This document shows positions 60,596 to 64,000 of a stretch of 64,000 bases of DNA, in pieces. Location: the NCBI GenBank assembly GCA_963702435.1, contig CAVPCR010000004.1, forward strand, positions 192,001 through 256,000, given 5' to 3'. Position numbers and translations under genes: made by a program. The stretch comes from Candidatus Eiseniibacteriota bacterium (lineage in GTDB: Bacteria > Eisenbacteria > RBG-16-71-46 > CAVPCR01). The notes beneath the pieces are model-generated. The model had not been told where the DNA came from and searched no databases. It was given only the letters and a program-made list of their open reading frames with translations. Position 1 is the first letter of the stretch. The number at the start of each line of letters is the position of its first letter.

Positions 60596-61534
60596 ATGCG
60601 TCCTCGTTGGTTGAACCGTGCGGGATGGATCACGTTCACGGCGATGGTCGGGACGGCCATCTCTGTCGCTGCGAGCGAGCGTCAACTTACGACGCGTCCA
60701 TCGCTTGATGGCCAGCCAGCGTGGTCGCCGGACGGGCGCTGGATCGCCTTCATCTCGATTCCGCCGCCATCGTTCTCTCCGCCGGACATCTGGATCATGC
60801 CGGCCGATGGGGGTGAGGCAACACAACTGACAGCAACCGATGCCTCGTGGGATTCGAATCCGGATTGCTCGCCTGACGGCGAGTGGATCGCTTACACGTC
60901 CCACGTCTTTCCGACGCTGAATCCGGACATCTGGGCGATACCGGCTGGGGGTGGTTCCGGGGTCCCGCTGACCTCCGATCCCGGGGCCGAGTCATACCCC
61001 GCCTGGTCCCCGGATGGCTCGCTGATCGCGTTCAACGCGACGCGCGATGGGAACTCCGATATCTGGATCATTCCGGCGGGAGGAGGGTCAGCGACGCGGC
61101 TCACGGTCGACCCGGCGGAAGACTACCAGCCAGCGTGGTCCCCGGATGGTACGGAGATTACCTTCACCTCGTGGCGTGGCGGCACCTCTGACATCTGGAT
61201 CATGCCGGCGACCGGAGGTGCAGCTCGTCAGATCACAGACTTCCCGACCTACGAGTCGCAGCCAGACTGGTCGCCCGACGGTAGGTGGATAGCCTTCGTC
61301 TCTTCCCGCAACGGTAACGAGGACATCTGGGTCGTCGGCGCGACGGGCGGGATGCCCACGCAGCTCACGGCCGAGCCCGGGACCGACGACGAGCCGGCGT
61401 GGTCCCCGGACGGTCGTGAGATCGCCTTTGAATCCGATCGAACAGGGAACCTGGAGGTCTGGGTTCTGGATGTTGACCTTCCCGTAGCGATCGCGCCGAC
61501 AAGCTGGGGAGCGGTCAAGGGCCGTTTTCGGTAA
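60596..61534 (+). CDS. Secreted TolB-like PD40 beta-propeller with SWGAVK tail
   Basis: Six PxWSPDG-type repeats; signal peptide; ends AIAPTSWGAVKGRFR. Confidence 0.85.
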   Translation: MRPRWLNRAGWITFTAMVGTAISVAASERQLTTRPSLDGQPAWSPDGRWIAFISIPPPSFSPPDIWIMPADGGEATQLTATDASWDSNPDCSPDGEWIAYTSHVFPTLNPDIWAIPAGGGSGVPLTSDPGAESYPAWSPDGSLIAFNATRDGNSDIWIIPAGGGSATRLTVDPAEDYQPAWSPDGTEITFTSWRGGTSDIWIMPATGGAARQITDFPTYESQPDWSPDGRWIAFVSSRNGNEDIWVVGATGGMPTQLTAEPGTDDEPAWSPDGREIAFESDRTGNLEVWVLDVDLPVAIAPTSWGAVKGRFR

Positions 61535-61830
61535 CAGGGTCTGGCTCCTCGTCGGATCGGTTGTTTCCTGCGCCTGAGGTGAGCAGCATCGCGAACGCGG
61601 GTCGTCGCCGAGCGCGGCGTTGCGCGCGGTCCCCTCGGGTGGGAGAACCGGTGGGTAGGGGAGATGCCCCGGGAGCCACCCTTGCGGCCAGGGCTGGCGA
61701 CCGCACGGCGCGTCTCCCCTCTTTCTTTTCCATGGCGGCGACGGGCCGCGCCGGTCGGGCTGGGTGCCTCGATCGGACCGCCCCGGCCGACCCGAAAATC
61801 CGCGGCATCGCCCCCCGGCCCGAGGCCCTT

Positions 61831-61969
61831 TAATCGACATGGCCTCCGGCGCAGGGGGCCTCTAATCGACAGGGGGTCTCCCGGAGGGGCGCTTTAATGA
61901 ACATGCTTCTCCCGGCAGGGGGCCCTAATGGACAGGGAATTCGGCCCGAGCGGGGAAGGATGTCCATTA
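61831..61969. repeat. Phased 9-bp motif array
   Basis: TAATCGACA 61831 and 61863, TAATGAACA 61895, TAATGGACA 61926, inverted TGTCCATTA 61961. Confidence 0.75.
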
Positions 61970-62556
61970 TCGGAAGGCCGGTCCTCAGGCGTAACTCTTT
62001 GTCCCTACGTCTGATGCATGCAGGTGGTCACCTCGGGAGGTGGTGCCAACCACGATTTCAGGCCCCGATTCCTGCCCATATTCTGTGCATTAGCCCCCCG
62101 CCGGCTCCCGGGAGCCCGGAAACTGCTCCCATCCTGCTGGTCCCCGGCTCCCGGCGGCCGCCCCGGCCGCAGTCTTGTCGCCTTCCGATGGAAAGACGAC
62201 GTGGTTGCGGGCATGAACGTTCGAGGGCATGCTCCACGGGGGTTGGGAGGACGGACCAAATGTCAAAGCTGCTTAGTACGAAAGTCAACGTTACGGGGCG
62301 CGCTGGAACCCCGTGCTCCTTCGAGCGATGCGATCGTCCATTGGTTCACCAACGGACTTCGGCAGAATGAATCGCTCGTTGGTGACCATGCGAACGCAAT
62401 CGGCCGGAATGTGGACGGCCCTCATCGCAGGCACGCACTCCTCTGGATGCACGCGACGAGCCATGCAACTTCAGGCCCCTGCACTAAGAGCACCACCAGA
62501 TCATCGATGACCAGCCGCACTTACAGGTCGAAAGGCCTGTAGTGACCGGAGGAACC

Positions 62557-63270
62557 ATGAAAGGTGTGTGGTGTATTGGCGCACTTGTGCTTTCTTCTGC
62601 ATTGGCACATTCCACCGGCAGTGCCGAGGAACATCGGGGATTTGAGGGCTCGGGCGCAGATACAACGTGGTCCGCATCATGGGGACTACTCTGGGAAGGA
62701 GCATGGCCCGACTCGCTGCCGTTGACAACATCGGCGATCGTGTATGCGAAAACTGGGGATGTAATGGTGCGGGCAGAAAGCCCGAAGCGATGGTGGGATA
62801 GTCTGGTTGACAGTCCGGCGCTGCGTGTTCAGGGTGCACTAGCTGGTGCAGGCAGTAGCGAGTTTTTCTATCCTAACGTCATCGTTGGTCTAGACGTGCC
62901 ATATCATGTTCTGCATGCGCTTGTCGTTGACGCTCTCAGAGCCAGCCCGTTCTCGTGCGCACTCTCACATGACCGCCCTGGTGCAATTGAGACGGCATGG
63001 GAGGAGGGAGAAGGCAGAATCAAGGGCCTTTTGTGGTGGCAAAGGCGATGGCTGATTCGGACCCACTACAGAATCGCGCTAAATCCTGACCCCGAGGACC
63101 CGGTAGCAAAGAGTGTTCTGCGGATCTGGGTCGAGTCGGAAGAGAGGCCGAACGCGAAATACGCGTGGCAGAAGTGTGACTCGCCCCCAAACGCAGATAG
63201 AGCTGCGTTGCTTGCGGAGTTGGTGCGAGAGCTCGCGGGACGCCGCAAACAGAGAGGAGATGAGCCTTGA
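62557..63270 (+). CDS. Exported hypothetical protein (lower GC)
   Basis: RBS GGAGG, signal-peptide-like N-terminus. Confidence 0.55.
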   Translation: MKGVWCIGALVLSSALAHSTGSAEEHRGFEGSGADTTWSASWGLLWEGAWPDSLPLTTSAIVYAKTGDVMVRAESPKRWWDSLVDSPALRVQGALAGAGSSEFFYPNVIVGLDVPYHVLHALVVDALRASPFSCALSHDRPGAIETAWEEGEGRIKGLLWWQRRWLIRTHYRIALNPDPEDPVAKSVLRIWVESEERPNAKYAWQKCDSPPNADRAALLAELVRELAGRRKQRGDEP

Positions 63271-63476
63271 AAATCGCGACGGTACAGCAAGTGCTCAGTA
63301 TAAGCGTTTTGGTGGTGTTTCTGTGCGTCACTGCCATTATTGCATTGACACCTGTAGTTGGAGGATATCCGACAGGAGAATACACTGAGCACCTTAAGAC
63401 ATTCTCATCACTCTATTCAGGCATTGTTGGACTCATCGTTGGCTTCTATTTTGGCAAACGGTCAGATGGGTCGTAG
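63267..63476 (+). CDS. Small two-TM membrane protein
   Basis: Two hydrophobic segments ending GLIVGFYFG; 4-bp overlap with the previous gene. Confidence 0.55.
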   Translation: MKIATVQQVLSISVLVVFLCVTAIIALTPVVGGYPTGEYTEHLKTFSSLYSGIVGLIVGFYFGKRSDGS

Positions 63477-63721
63477 ATGGATCCTCATCTGCTCAGAAAG
63501 AAAGAAGGGCTACTCACGGATGAGTGCGTGGTCTCTGGGTGGGTCTTGCGTATCTGCGCCTGGCATCGACGTAGGGGACCGGCAGGGGAGCTGGATATCA
63601 AGGCGAGGGCAGAGTATCATCATGCGTCTTCGAATGCCCCGTTGGCGGTCTGGCCGCGCGTGGCGGGGGGCAAGGGCTCTCCAGACTCCGATCTACGCCC
63701 AGGAGGCTGAAAGGCCAGACA

Positions 63722-64000
63722 ATGGTTCGACGGAAGGCTGGTAGCAGGGGCAAGGAGACGACGGCCAACCTCGGGTTCGAAGCGAAGCTCTGGCAGGCAG
63801 CAGATGCCCTCCGCAACAACATGGACGCCGCGGAGTACAAGCACGTCGTCCTCGGCCTGATCTTCCTCAAGTACATCTCGGACGCGTTCGAGGCGCGGCA
63901 CGCGGAACTCGTGGCCGAGCGCGCCAAGGGCGCAGACCCCGAGGACCGGGACGAGTACGTCGCCGCGAATATCTTCTGGGTCCCCAAGGAGGCCCGCTGG
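63722..64000 (+). CDS. hsdM: Type I R-M methyltransferase subunit M, N-terminal part (truncated by window)
   Basis: [40 protein letters not shown]...[11 protein letters not shown]. Confidence 0.92.
   Translation, partial: MVRRKAGSRGKETTANLGFEAKLWQAADALRNNMDAAEYKHVVLGLIFLKYISDAFEARHAELVAERAKGADPEDRDEYVAANIFWVPKEARW

Noticed and set aside
61831..61969. Phased array as a mini-CRISPR
   Set aside because: The conserved unit is only about 9 bp and one copy is inverted.

Overview
High-GC bacterial chromosome. The secreted proteins ending in FlgD-Ig-like domains or a 'TWGx(I/V)K' tail suggest a Ca. Eisenbacteria/Krumholzibacteria/Latescibacteria-like lineage (inference). Bases 1-44,000 are mostly host genes: M16 and M14 peptidases, UDP-glucuronate decarboxylase, a biliverdin reductase A-like enzyme, a long HNH protein, an ECF sigma/anti-sigma pair, a cation/H+ antiporter, an HD hydrolase plus ADP-ribosylglycohydrolase, PPi-type PFK, a giant FG-GAP protein, Omp85, an Smr-membrane fusion, an Mla/Mce ABC operon and a frameshifted ada. 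From about 46,000 an integrated element begins. It has an att-like palindrome, a large serine recombinase, an excisionase, a primase-helicase followed by an iteron-type origin, and a convergent operon of adenine MTase, ParB-like protein, TerS-like protein and lambda GpA-type TerL, with no portal, capsid or tail genes. Many of these genes are frameshifted (decay or assembly indels). To the right are a secreted-protein gene cleanly interrupted by an IS1380 (4-bp TSD), a PD40 propeller, a phased repeat array and the start of a type I R-M hsdM. All product calls come from motif recognition by eye; no searches were run.
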